A DNA stretch of 64,000 nt, from the NCBI GenBank assembly GCA_032718475.1, contig JAUCBJ010000448.1, positions 11,996 through 75,995 on the forward strand. The letters run 5' to 3'. Under the pieces are notes generated by a model that made no database searches, was not told the DNA's origin, and saw only the letters and a list, made by a program, of their open reading frames with translations. This stretch comes from Nemertoderma westbladi. Taxonomy: Eukaryota; Animalia; Xenacoelomorpha. Made by a program: the position numbers and the translations under genes. This document shows, piece by piece, positions 39,763-49,408 of the stretch (position 1 is the stretch's first letter; each line of letters opens with the position of its first letter).

Positions 39763-42700
39763 CCAACAGGATTCAACCTTCAAGGTTCAATTAGAACCCC
39801 CTGGATTAGACCGGTAGTTTCTGGACCTCGGTTTACTGGTTATGATACTGCAAGGTCATCTGCAGTACCCGCCACTGGAGGTGCACCACAACCCACTGCA
39901 TCATCTGAAACGCCCAGATGCTCATCCTCAGAAAGGGTTTCATCAATGGCTATTCAGACTAATGCAGCAGCTTGGTTCCGTGTTGAAGCTGAAAAGCGCA
40001 ATATGGAATTGGTGTGGGTACGTGGCGATGGAAATTGCATGTTTAATGCATTCCGTATTTCATCACAAGGAATTACTGATTCCCCTCTGTTGATGAGAAA
40101 GAAAGTACGGGACTATCTCCGGGAGCATTCTCAGGAATTTTCTGATAAGTATGCTCCTGGGCCATATGAACTGCCTTTTGCGGAATTTGTCGCACAGCTA
40201 ATAAACCAATCTCATGACGTGGTATTTGGTAACTCCATTGTCCTTGAAGCCCTCGGTAGAATTTACTCACGTTTATTCGTGGTATTGACTACTGAGTTTG
40301 GCAATCATATGGAACAAGTTGGGGTGCCAGGAATGCCCAACGTCCTGATTGGCCATGATTATGTTGGCGCGCATTATTATGCTTTTAGACCGTTGCCATT
40401 ATGTGGAGTTACCCGTGTGGAACCACCTTCTTCGAGTGCAAGTGCAATACCGCTTCCTCACCCACAACTGTCCACAACCACTGCATCAACTTCACCTCAT
40501 GTTGAACAACAGCAACCACCTCCACCTCAACCTTCAACATCCCAACCCCAAGCAGGAGAATTTGGGGAATGTGATGATAGAATGGATTGGTCTGCATTTG
40601 AAGAGGACGAGGAGACCCTTCGATATGACTCAATCCGTATCGATCATTTGAATCTTCCCGATATTGACCTGAGTGAGGAAAGTGATGAGGATATGGTTGA
40701 AGAGGTGGATATTGTTGTTGAAGACAATGATGGTGAAGTTGCAATGGAAGTTGATGGTGACTATCAACATGATAGTGTGGTCATTCTAGAGAATGAGGAG
40801 GTATGTGTGAATTGCAGGCGCATTAAAACTCCAGAACATCCATTAGAGTTACGCATGAGTAGGAAAGCAGTTAATCGGGAATATGGTTCGCTCCGCCATG
40901 CCAATGAGATGGATTATGTGCTTTGTAAGGAGTGCTCCATCTATTTGGGAGGAAAGGGTTCTCATGGTCCTTGGGCCAGTGGCTGGCCATCCTTTATATA
41001 TTCAGGTCTAGTAAATAGGGTTGCTGGTTTGGGTAATCCGACCAACTTACTTGATTTACTGCCAGAAGAGTTAAGGGACAGCTGGAGGTTTGTCATTGAT
41101 GAATTTGATCTTCGTCCTACGAAGACTGTTCTCAAGGACTTTACCAAGGATCTTCGTGAGTACCATGAAGTGATGGAGGAAATCGACTTAGGAAAGCTTA
41201 CCAGTTTAATGAACAATGGTTGCTTTCCTAGTGTTGTGTGTGGTATGGGATGTGTCCAGTACATGGAAGCATGCCGACCCATTCCATTCAATCACTTCTT
41301 GGCGAGCCGTTTCCCAATTAAACAGGTATTTCATGCTAAGCCAGATCAAGTACGGTCCTTCAGGAGTGATTGGCCATATACATTCAAGGAACTCGATTGG
41401 GAAGCGATGGGTGGTACGATTGTAACTAGTAAAGGCTTGGGTATCTTGGTATGCAAGAAGCACAAGTCAACTAACAAGTTAGTCTTCCACCTTCCAAACA
41501 ACCCTGTATCTCCTGATGACCCTATTATTTACCCAGACATGTTTGCCATGGCCACTTTAACTCCTCATATAGTGCGTGGCCCACGTGATGGTGTTTATTC
41601 GAACAGTTTCCATACTGTAAAGGCTGAAGGAAATTCCTATGGGTTGTCGTCGTGCTATATCGAGCTTGATCCTGTGCACCAATACTTCCCTGAAGAAGCC
41701 CTCAGGGATGGCAAGTTGTACCACGCTGAATCTCTCACATTAGAATGTCGTCCTGATGTGAACGAGTTCATGCGACAGGGACGACATCGCCATCTTGATC
41801 CTGGATATATTGAACATGTCACTGGCTATTATAAACCACCGGAACAACACTTCATTCAGGAAGCCTTGGAAGGAGCTACATACATGGATGTGTATGACTG
41901 CTACAGGCTTCATGAACGAATTTTGAATAAGGGAACGGAAGAGAACGAAAGAGATAGATTTTCTTTCAAGGATATCTGTCTCGATGAAATGCCAATTATG
42001 CAACCTTGTAATGCTATCGGCAGAAGGTCATGGTGTATTCATAATGAGACAGGTTTCTCTACTGGCCTTAGACTACAGATGCTATCATTTTCAGTGATGC
42101 ATTGCCGAGTGATGCATAGTATCCTCCAGGCTTTGGAAGTTAAGAGTGATGCCCAAAAGGCACTTCTTAAATATCTGAAGTTTGGGGTGTATGCTGCGTA
42201 TTGCACAGCACAGCAGAGACGTATGTATGCCTTTCATGTTCTTGAGCGATTAGAGGAGGACATTGATCTTGGTTTACATCGTCAAACTGTTGACAGCCAA
42301 GTAGCTCTAATGCTGGAAGAACTTATTCCAGGTTGTATTGAGGTTAATAGTATTGATGACATAATCAATGATGACATTTATGTCCTTAGCAAGCCACATA
42401 ATACTGGCAGAGGGGAGCCATTCCCTTTGCAGTTACGTGGTTATTACCTTCACGCTGCTTTGACGGTTAGCTTTGATAAGTTGTCAGGAATCTTTCGATG
42501 GAGTGATGATCATTCATTCCAGCACTTCTTACATGAGGGAAATAAACTGGTGCCACCTATGGTAGATGATCCTGAGGGTGCCATTAAGAAGGCGCAACTT
42601 TACATCTATGTAAAGAAGGGCTGCTATAATCTTACTGAAATACAGCGTGATCTGTTCATTGCAAATTTCGCTGATCAAAGTAAAGTTAAGTGTTCCCAGC

Positions 42701-45700
42701 ATAAAACATTACTCCGTAGAGAAAACTTTAGGGAGGATAATGGATTATGTGTTAAGTCGCACTCTGGTACTAGTGTGAGTAAGAATATCCGCTGGCGGTG
42801 CCCTTATGGGTTTCCTGAAAATCAGTGTGAGGTTGGTTTGTGTCTTAGTCACTGGAAGGATGTGATTGTTCAACCTGAGATTGAGATACTTATTGGTCCT
42901 TGCAATGACCAGAGTAATGTTCAAATTCAACACTCGAGAGGTCTACAAGTAGGTGGCGATCAGCGCCGTCCTGATGATGACTCAGATGATGAGGAAGTGG
43001 AGGATCCTCTAGATAGGGCAAGCAGAATTTTTGGTGGTGATTTTCAAACTGATGATTCTGCTATTCCTATGGAAGACTATGTGGTGGGGATAAACGATGG
43101 TGACTATGATGACGATGAGTATCCATTAGTAGGATTGGCAACTGGTGCCACTATTCCTATTTATGATGTTGGACGGGTCTCTTCTCATTGTCTTTTGAAC
43201 AATCAGAATGGCCTCCAGATACTTAAGCGTACACGTGGTTATGGGGGTAAAGGTAGCGCCTATGTAAATAAGGTGCTGTATCATATTGCCTCCCGTTCAC
43301 CTGGCATCCATTTGCCCCTTATGTACATTGAAGGATTACTGTTTCCAAGAAACTTCTGGTACATGAAGGCTAATGGAAGCGTTGTTGGTGCTATTCCATC
43401 ATTCTTGTATGGCCTTCCATTCAATGCTCCTAATTATGGTATTGCATCACTACGGGATCATATGCATATCAGGACATTTGATGAACGGCTGTTTTCGTCA
43501 AAGGATCCAGCCTATCTTCATTACTGGTTTGATGTGTACATGAACTCAGTATTGAACCATACTTCTGCTCAGCTTGTTCTCCGTAAGGGATTTGAACAAG
43601 TCTGTGAGGGGGAGGAAAGGCTTCAATCTGGTGCTTCAGATACCATTTTACGTTTCGACGAAATGGAATCACGGCGTCGTGTGAGGGAGCTTTGTGCACT
43701 TTTGCGGTATGGTTACTGGAATTATTTTTTCACAGCCACCTGTAATAATGCGCATACTCCAGGTGTTTCACCAGTTTATGATGCAGTTCGGAGGCTCTAT
43801 GAGCATCTGGATGGCAGAAAGCTGGCGTTAGCTATGGAGAAGTATACTGCTTTATTCACACGCTGTTGGAATCGTTTCGCAGATCACCTTCACCATTGGA
43901 TTGAACGAGGTATTGATAAACCCTTTGGTGATGTGAAGTATATATGGACACGAATGGAGGCTCAAGATCAGGGATCCCCTGTAGCAAATATGCTACATAT
44001 CCATGGTGGAATAACCCTCCACCCGGAGTCTATAGAGGAGACACGCGATAGGATTTGCTGTCGAACCACTGACTTGTTATCTCCTTTCTTTGGGACAGAT
44101 CGTCCTCAATTGGTTGAGCAAGGAATCATTGAGGATGACGAATGGTCTCAGCTGTTCAGCCTAAAGCACCTGCAAACGCATAACTGCGACCGAGCTGGCA
44201 GTCGGTGCCATAAACGTATTGACGAGGCTGGAAATACGTTTTGCCGAATGCCTCGTCATGTTGCTAGTATGGATAATGGCTTTAAACCTAAGACTGACAT
44301 GTACACCGATGATGCCCTCAATGATCTGGAATCTATAGACCTTCTTCAAAGAAATGATGATGGGTCTCTTAGATTAGATGATCAGGGTAATCGATTGGCA
44401 CATATAAATCTTATTGGAGGTCGCCATACTTATTCTGCTAGTGGTTTTGAGTTTGCGGTACCAACGATACCTAGGTATTGGGTGGCTTTGAGATCATCCA
44501 CCAATGTACAGGCTTGTGATACAAAGTTTTGCACTTCGTATTGTGCCAAGTACTTGGGGGGTCCTGAAGAACGGCGTGCAGTTAAAATTGACGGACAAAA
44601 GAATCTGACCTCAGTGAAGGTCACTCATACTGAACAGGAAGGAATAAAGATATCTGGGGTTAATTATCTCAAGAAGCAGGCAGATATGAAGGATAGCAAT
44701 AAGAGTGGCATCAAAGCTCGGGAGATGGGATATCCAGAGATTCTTCATAATCTTCTGGGCTTCCCATACATCAGATCAAATGTGGACTTTGTCCATGTTT
44801 CCACTCTGAGTCCTGAGTACCGGCACGGCATTGTGAAACAACAAACAAGAGATGTTCATTTAGGAGTTCTTGAAGCTGTTCAAACACGATTAATGATGCC
44901 AGGTTTACCAGAATGGCGTAACTTCACAAATAATCAAATTCTTACTGTCAATGAGATGGGTAAGAGTGATTATATTGCTGATGGTTTAACTTCTTTCAGC
45001 ATAAGAGCTCCTGAGCTTCGAATCTTTGACAAACTTGACGTATTCTACGAATGCTTTGCTCTTTCAGCAAGGGTCAAGAAAAGTCAATGTGATTTGGAGC
45101 TGAAGAAGTGCCATTGGATAGATGGTAATAACCGTCTATGGAAGCTACGACCTTCTGGCATTCCGATAGCTGTAGAATTTCTAACAAGAAAGGCTACAAC
45201 TGGTAATGTTATCGCTAGGCAGTTATTGGATGAGGTATTCTTACCTATATCCAGAGGAGAACTTCATAAGATCTTTGTGAGTTCGCTTGAGAAACATAAG
45301 AAACCTGCCATAGTTGTGTTCTCAAGTGTTAGCCCATTGCAAATGGGACGTTTCTTGTTTCACCTTGCCTATTCCCTTGGAAGTTTTGAGACTGAACTAG
45401 ATTTATTAGATGTTCAGGATATTCGTACAACTTTCAAGAAGGCAAGTCTAATATCAGATGATGTTATTGTGCCGGAATGTGAAGTCACTGACTTATTGAA
45501 ATCCTATGTCATGAGAGACTTGCATTATCAATCTATTGGTAATGCACAATTCCAACGTTATCTACATCTTGCAATCACTGGTATTCGGCAATTCTTTGCT
45601 GGTGATGGCTTGTTATATGAGGCTATTCCTCTATTTTATGAGGATAGTATTCGTGTGCAAGCTACGAAAGAAGTAGAAAGGTTAGAGGAGGTCAGCCATG

Positions 45701-47811
45701 TCAATCTTATGGAGGCTTTATACGGGCAGGAGGGATTGATATTGCCAGATATGGCTGATTTAGCACGTGCTACACGGGCCCATCCTCTAGAGTGGCAACC
45801 TTTACTGGATGTGGCTAGTGGCCAAACAGGGGAATCTGTTTCTGAGCAAAAGAACATGCTACAAGTATTGGTGAATGCTGTTGATGCTTATTGTCATCCA
45901 TCATCAACATTTGTTAAATCCCCTTGGTTGGTTGGCGCACCTGGTGTTGGCAAGACTCATGTTATGCTAATGGGACTGGCATATAGCCTCTCGCGTGGTT
46001 TAAATGTGCAGCTAACTGCTATTACCAGCGAGAGAGCTAGGTTGCTTGGTGGTGTACATCTACATCTACTGATGCCATTCAGTGTTGGAAGAGGTTCACG
46101 CTCATTAACTAGCACTTGTTTAGCCCAGGATTGCTTATTAGCACTGGCAAAGAATCCATCCAAACTTGCATATCTCCAAAGATTGAATGTTATCTTCTTT
46201 GAGGAATGTGGAATGCTCTCATGTGAGTATCTTGCAGCTATTGACTTGGTATTACGCCGAATCTGTAACACACAGAGACCCTTCGGTGGCAAACTCTTCA
46301 TTGGGTGTGGAGATCATCTACAATTAGAACCTGTGGATGGTAGGGTTGTATGGCTCAGCACACATTTTTTAACAACATTCACTGTTTGTGTGGCGAGACA
46401 TTATGTTCGTAGTGCTAATGACGAGGAATTGCAACACGTCATTAATATTATGCGAAGCACCAACCCAAGTCCAAACCTTATTGATGAAGTGATTGCTATA
46501 TTGAAGCGGCGGTGTAACTTTGTTGATAGTTGGGATGAAGTCCCTGATGATGTCTTGAAGGTTGTTGGCACTAGAGCTGCAGAGCAAGAGGTACTACAGA
46601 AATACCTAAACCTTCATAGGAATGAGCCTGGGACAGTTGTAATAAGCGGCCATGATGAGGTTAGTTCTACTGCTTCTAATACTAGCTCATGGAAGCCTAC
46701 AAACACTCCCAGCATTATCAGTTCAATCACGAGATCTTGTCGGGAACCCATGGAGTTGGTTTTATTTCTAAACCAGATCCTTAGGTTCACATACAATCAG
46801 CTTTCTGGACAACCTCAATTTTCCAATGGTCAATTGTCTGTTGTTAAAGCAGTACCAGCTGATTGCGATGATTTCTTGGAATTGGCTGTTGTTCCAAAAG
46901 GTTGTCGTCAAATTGAAGAGGTTGAGAGTACCTGGCCTGTGGCTAAAGTTAAGCAACGGCCTTGTGCTGCCACTTCTACTGGTTTTGGTAGCAATCTTCT
47001 TGGCAGACGGGTGCAGTTTCCGGTGCGCTACTTTGGGGCAGGAACTGTCCATGGTATACAAGGACAAGATGCCCCAAGCTTAGCAACACAGATCTCCTCT
47101 GATGCCAAGAGTAAGTATAGGCTATGGCTAAAAACCCAGATAACAACCTTAATATCGAGGGTACGGTATCTCAACACATTTACATTTGTTGGCAAGATGG
47201 ATGAGGCCTTTAATTGTATCCGCATCTTGCTTAGCATGAAGTCGCCCAATCAAGATTATATAGACCAGTTATTAAGACGTCTTAATATTCTTATTGGGCC
47301 CCCTCAGGTACCTCTCATGTTTGAATATCACCCCTTCCGACCCTTCTTTAGGGAAATCCCTGGTGCACAAATTGGATTTGTGTATATGCTTATCAGCATT
47401 CGGTTGCCTAATGTGAATTACACTGGTCAAACTGAGAACCTGAAAATGAGACTTCAGAGTCACCAAAATAAAACAGGTTCGGAGTTTACAAAGAATCCTG
47501 TTTTACATCCTTGGTCTCTGTATGCTTTCATATACGGGTTTCCTGGTGACGCCAAGAGTAAACTCAATACAGAAAACCGTAAGGGATTTGAGACTAGGTG
47601 GCATCATATGGCAGAGACTGGACCTGCAGGTGGGGATATGACCAAAGGACGAGACCAGGTGTATGCTATGGGTGTTGAGATTGTGCGTCAATATAATGCT
47701 GAGTTTTATGTTGATGCAGATGGAAATGCAAAGCGTTTTGAACTAACAATGGTTAAATGCCAAGAGTTAATTCAAGATAATTTGCAAGCCGAGATCCCAA
47801 TGTCTCAATAG
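39763..47811 (+). CDS. Helitron-like RepHel transposase, main (third) coding exon: OTU protease + HUH (Y2) Rep endonuclease + Pif1-family SF1 helicase + C-terminal GIY-YIG nuclease
   Basis: Uninterrupted ORF (2621 aa from ATG 39946), open upstream to the acceptor ttttttttag|CCA at 39762/39763. OTU: RGDGNC (40021-40038) and HY (~40372). Rep motif I YFFTATCN (43723-43746), HUH motif LHIH (43993-44004), motif III YCAKY (44539-44553). Helicase: Walker A GAPGVGKT (45934-45957), FFEE (46195-46206), PFGG, GDHLQLEPV, QFPV, TVHGIQG, SRVR. GIY-YIG: GFVY...YTGQT...RL..H...E (47374-~47605). Confidence 0.93.
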   Translation, partial: PTGFNLQGSIRTPWIRPVVSGPRFTGYDTARSSAVPATGGAPQPTASSETPRCSSSERVSSMAIQTNAAAWFRVEAEKRNMELVWVRGDGNCMFNAFRISSQGITDSPLLMRKKVRDYLREHSQEFSDKYAPGPYELPFAEFVAQLINQSHDVVFGNSIVLEALGRIYSRLFVVLTTEFGNHMEQVGVPGMPNVLIGHDYVGAHYYAFRPLPLCGVTRVEPPSSSASAIPLPHPQLSTTTASTSPHVEQQQPPPPQPSTSQPQAGEFGECDDRMDWSAFEEDEETLRYDSIRIDHLNLPDIDLSEESDEDMVEEVDIVVEDNDGEVAMEVDGDYQHDSVVILENEEVCVNCRRIKTPEHPLELRMSRKAVNREYGSLRHANEMDYVLCKECSIYLGGKGSHGPWASGWPSFIYSGLVNRVAGLGNPTNLLDLLPEELRDSWRFVIDEFDLRPTKTVLKDFTKDLREYHEVMEEIDLGKLTSLMNNGCFPSVVCGMGCVQYMEACRPIPFNHFLASRFPIKQVFHAKPDQVRSFRSDWPYTFKELDWEAMGGTIVTSKGLGILVCKKHKSTNKLVFHLPNNPVSPDDPIIYPDMFAMATLTPHIVRGPRDGVYSNSFHTVKAEGNSYGLSSCYIELDPVHQYFPEEALRDGKLYHAESLTLECRPDVNEFMRQGRHRHLDPGYIEHVTGYYKPPEQHFIQEALEGATYMDVYDCYRLHERILNKGTEENERDRFSFKDICLDEMPIMQPCNAIGRRSWCIHNETGFSTGLRLQMLSFSVMHCRVMHSILQALEVKSDAQKALLKYLKFGVYAAYCTAQQRRMYAFHVLERLEEDIDLGLHRQTVDSQVALMLEELIPGCIEVNSIDDIINDDIYVLSKPHNTGRGEPFPLQLRGYYLHAALTVSFDKLSGIFRWSDDHSFQHFLHEGNKLVPPMVDDPEGAIKKAQLYIYVKKGCYNLTEIQRDLFIANFADQSKVKCSQHKTLLRRENFREDNGLCVKSHSGTSVSKNIRWRCPYGFPENQCEVGLCLSHWKDVIVQPEIEILIGPCNDQSNVQIQHSRGLQVGGDQRRPDDDSDDEEVEDPLDRASRIFGGDFQTDDSAIPMEDYVVGINDGDYDDDEYPLVGLATGATIPIYDVGRVSSHCLLNNQNGLQILKRTRGYGGKGSAYVNKVLYHIASRSPGIHLPLMYIEGLLFPRNFWYMKANGSVVGAIPSFLYGLPFNAPNYGIASLRDHMHIRTFDERLFSSKDPAYLHYWFDVYMNSVLNHTSAQLVLRKGFEQVCEGEERLQSGASDTILRFDEMESRRRVRELCALLRYGYWNYFFTATCNNAHTPGVSPVYDAVRRLYEHLDGRKLALAMEKYTALFTRCWNRFADHLHHWIERGIDKPFGDVKYIWTRMEAQDQGSPVANMLHIHGGITLHPESIEETRDRICCRTTDLLSPFFGTDRPQLVEQGIIEDDEWSQLFSLKHLQTHNCDRAGSRCHKRIDEAGNTFCRMPRHVASMDNGFKPKTDMYTDDALNDLESIDLLQRNDDGSLRLDDQGNRLAHINLIGGRHTYSASGFEFAVPTIPRYWVALRSSTNVQACDTKFCTSYCAKYLGGPEERRAVKIDGQKNLTSVKVTHTEQEGIKISGVNYLKKQADMKDSNKSGIKAREMGYPEILHNLLGFPYIRSNVDFVHVSTLSPEYRHGIVKQQTRDVHLGVLEAVQTRLMMPGLPEWRNFTNNQILTVNEMGKSDYIADGLTSFSIRAPELRIFDKLDVFYECFALSARVKKSQCDLELKKCHWIDGNNRLWKLRPSGIPIAVEFLTRKATTGNVIARQLLDEVFLPISRGELHKIFVSSLEKHKKPAIVVFSSVSPLQMGRFLFHLAYSLGSFETELDLLDVQDIRTTFKKASLISDDVIVPECEVTDLLKSYVMRDLHYQSIGNAQFQRYLHLAITGIRQFFAGDGLLYEAIPLFYEDSIRVQATKEVERLEEVSHVNLMEALYGQEGLILPDMADLARATRAHPLEWQPLLDVASGQTGESVSEQKNMLQVLVNAVDAYCHPSSTFVKSPWLVGAPGVGKTHVMLMGLAYSLSRGLNVQLTAITSERARLLGGVHLHLLMPFSVGRGSRSLTSTCLAQDCLLALAKNPSKLAYLQRLNVIFFEECGMLSCEYLAAIDLVLRRICNTQRPFGGKLFIGCGDHLQLEPVDGRVVWLSTHFLTTFTVCVARHYVRSANDEELQHVINIMRSTNPSPNLIDEVIAILKRRCNFVDSWDEVPDDVLKVVGTRAAEQEVLQKYLNLHRNEPGTVVISGHDEVSSTASNTSSWKPTNTPSIISSITRSCREPMELVLFLNQILRFTYNQLSGQPQFSNGQLSVVKAVPADCDDFLELAVVPKGCRQIEEVESTWPVAKVKQRPCAATSTGFGSNLLGRRVQFPVRYFGAGTVHGIQGQDAPSLATQISSDAKSKYRLWLKTQITTLISRVRYLNTFTFVGKMDEAFNCIRILLSMKSPNQDYIDQLLRRLNILIGPPQVPLMFEYHPFRPFFREIPGAQIGFVYMLISIRLPNVNYTGQTENLKMRLQSHQNKTGSEFTKNPVLHPWSLYAFIYGFPGDAKSKLNTENRKGFETRWHHMAETGPAGGDMTKGRDQVYAMGVEIVRQYNAEFYVDADGNAKRFELTMVKCQELIQDNLQAEIPMSQ

Positions 47812-47984
47812 AGTACTGTGTCTTGTTTCTTCTTCGTCTTCTAATGTCCGTGTCCTGTGTACCTATGCTTATGCAGCTATGCCAAACTTGCAACTTTCCA
47901 AACTTACCTTCCCATCTTGTTCAGGCTTAAAATTAAGAATTCTGCCTTATAAATGCAGGCTTTATCAAGGTTATTATATTTTTA

Positions 47985-48560
47985 TATACTTTTTCTTTTG
48001 TATTTTGTCTTTTTACTTTTATCTTTTTCTTTGACTTTCGTCTTTTCACTTTTGTCTTTTAACTTCCTTATAAATACTGGCTTTATCAAGGTTATTTATA
48101 TTTTTATATTTTTTTGTATTTTGTCTTTTTACTTTTATCTTTTTCTTTGACTTTCGTCTTTTGACTTTTGTCTTTTCACTTTTGTCTTTTAACTTTAGTC
48201 TTTTGACTTTTGTCTTTTGTTGTTTGACTTTTGTCTTATAACTTTGGTCATTTGTCTTTTGACTTTTGTTTTTTGACTTTTGTGATTTGACTTTTGTCTT
48301 TTGACTTCAGTCATTTTACTTTTGTTTTTTTATTTTTGTCTTTTGACTTCAGTCATTTTACTTTTGTCGTTTTACTTTTGTCTTGTTATTTTTGTCTTTT
48401 GACTTGTTATTTTTCTTTTGTCTTTTTACTTTTTACTTTTGTCTTTTTTGTTTTTGATTATTGTATTATATTGTATTATTGTATTTTTACTTTTGTTTTT
48501 TTACTTTTTCTTATATATTTTTACATTTTTAGTTTTTATTTTTGTTTTTTCTTATGCCTT
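47985..48560. repeat. T-rich heptamer repeat (ttttgac/ttttgtc) downstream of the RepHel stop
   Basis: Directly visible low-complexity tract. Confidence 0.85.
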
Positions 48561-49162
48561 GATAATTAAAATAGTATTTTTCAATTCTCCAATGGTGGGT
48601 CGCTTGAGGAGAGTTGTTGTTCTATGTTTATTGTTTATGCCTGCATAATTAAGGCAGGAAAGAATTAAAATCTCATGATAAGAATACTGGTATAATAAGA
48701 TCTACTTTCTTTGAGAATTCGTAAGAACAATTACTCTAGAGGTGAGCATTTTAGTTGGCCCGGGTGTTGTTCATTACATTTTCTCATTGTTAAGAATTTA
48801 GGAAAGAATTAAAATCTCATGATAAGAATACTGGTATAATAAGATCTTACAATAAGAATGTGTTTCTGTCAATATGTCTGCACCATCATCTCTCTTACCA
48901 TGCTAACTCTCTCTCTAATCCAGGGTGGTCAGGAACCAAACCCGTCTTTTTAAGGCGGGTGGCTGGAATTTGGTCAATTCTAGCCAAACCATGTTTCTCC
49001 TTGATGACACAGTGTTCTTGCCGTATTATCAATTTTGTGTTTTAAAGACATTCTATTATCTTTTTAACATAATTGTAAATATGGTTAACCGAATATTGAC
49101 AAATATTTTTGTCAATACCCATGGCGTTCATATTTTTACCTAACAGACATTTGGTTGATATA

Positions 49163-49408
49163 CTTTTGTCTTTTGACTTTTGTCTTTTGACTTTTTTCTT
49201 TTGACTCTTGTTATTTCACTTTTGCCTTTTGACTTTTGTCTTTTGACTTTAGTCTTTTGACTTTTGACTTTTGTCGTTTGACTTTTGTCTTATGACTTTT
49301 GTCATTTGTCGTTTGACTTTTGTCTTTTGACTTTTGTCCATTGACATTTGTGATTTGACTTTTGTCTTTTGATTTTTGTCTTTTGACTTTTGTCTTTTGA
49401 CTTTTGTT
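49163..49408. repeat. Second T-rich heptamer tract (cttttga/cttttgt)
   Basis: Directly visible. Confidence 0.85.

Noticed and set aside
39763-47811. Host PIF1 gene or giant-virus gene
   Set aside because: Fusion to HUH Rep motifs I-III and Helitron-like termini, with no viral core genes, indicates a rolling-circle transposase.
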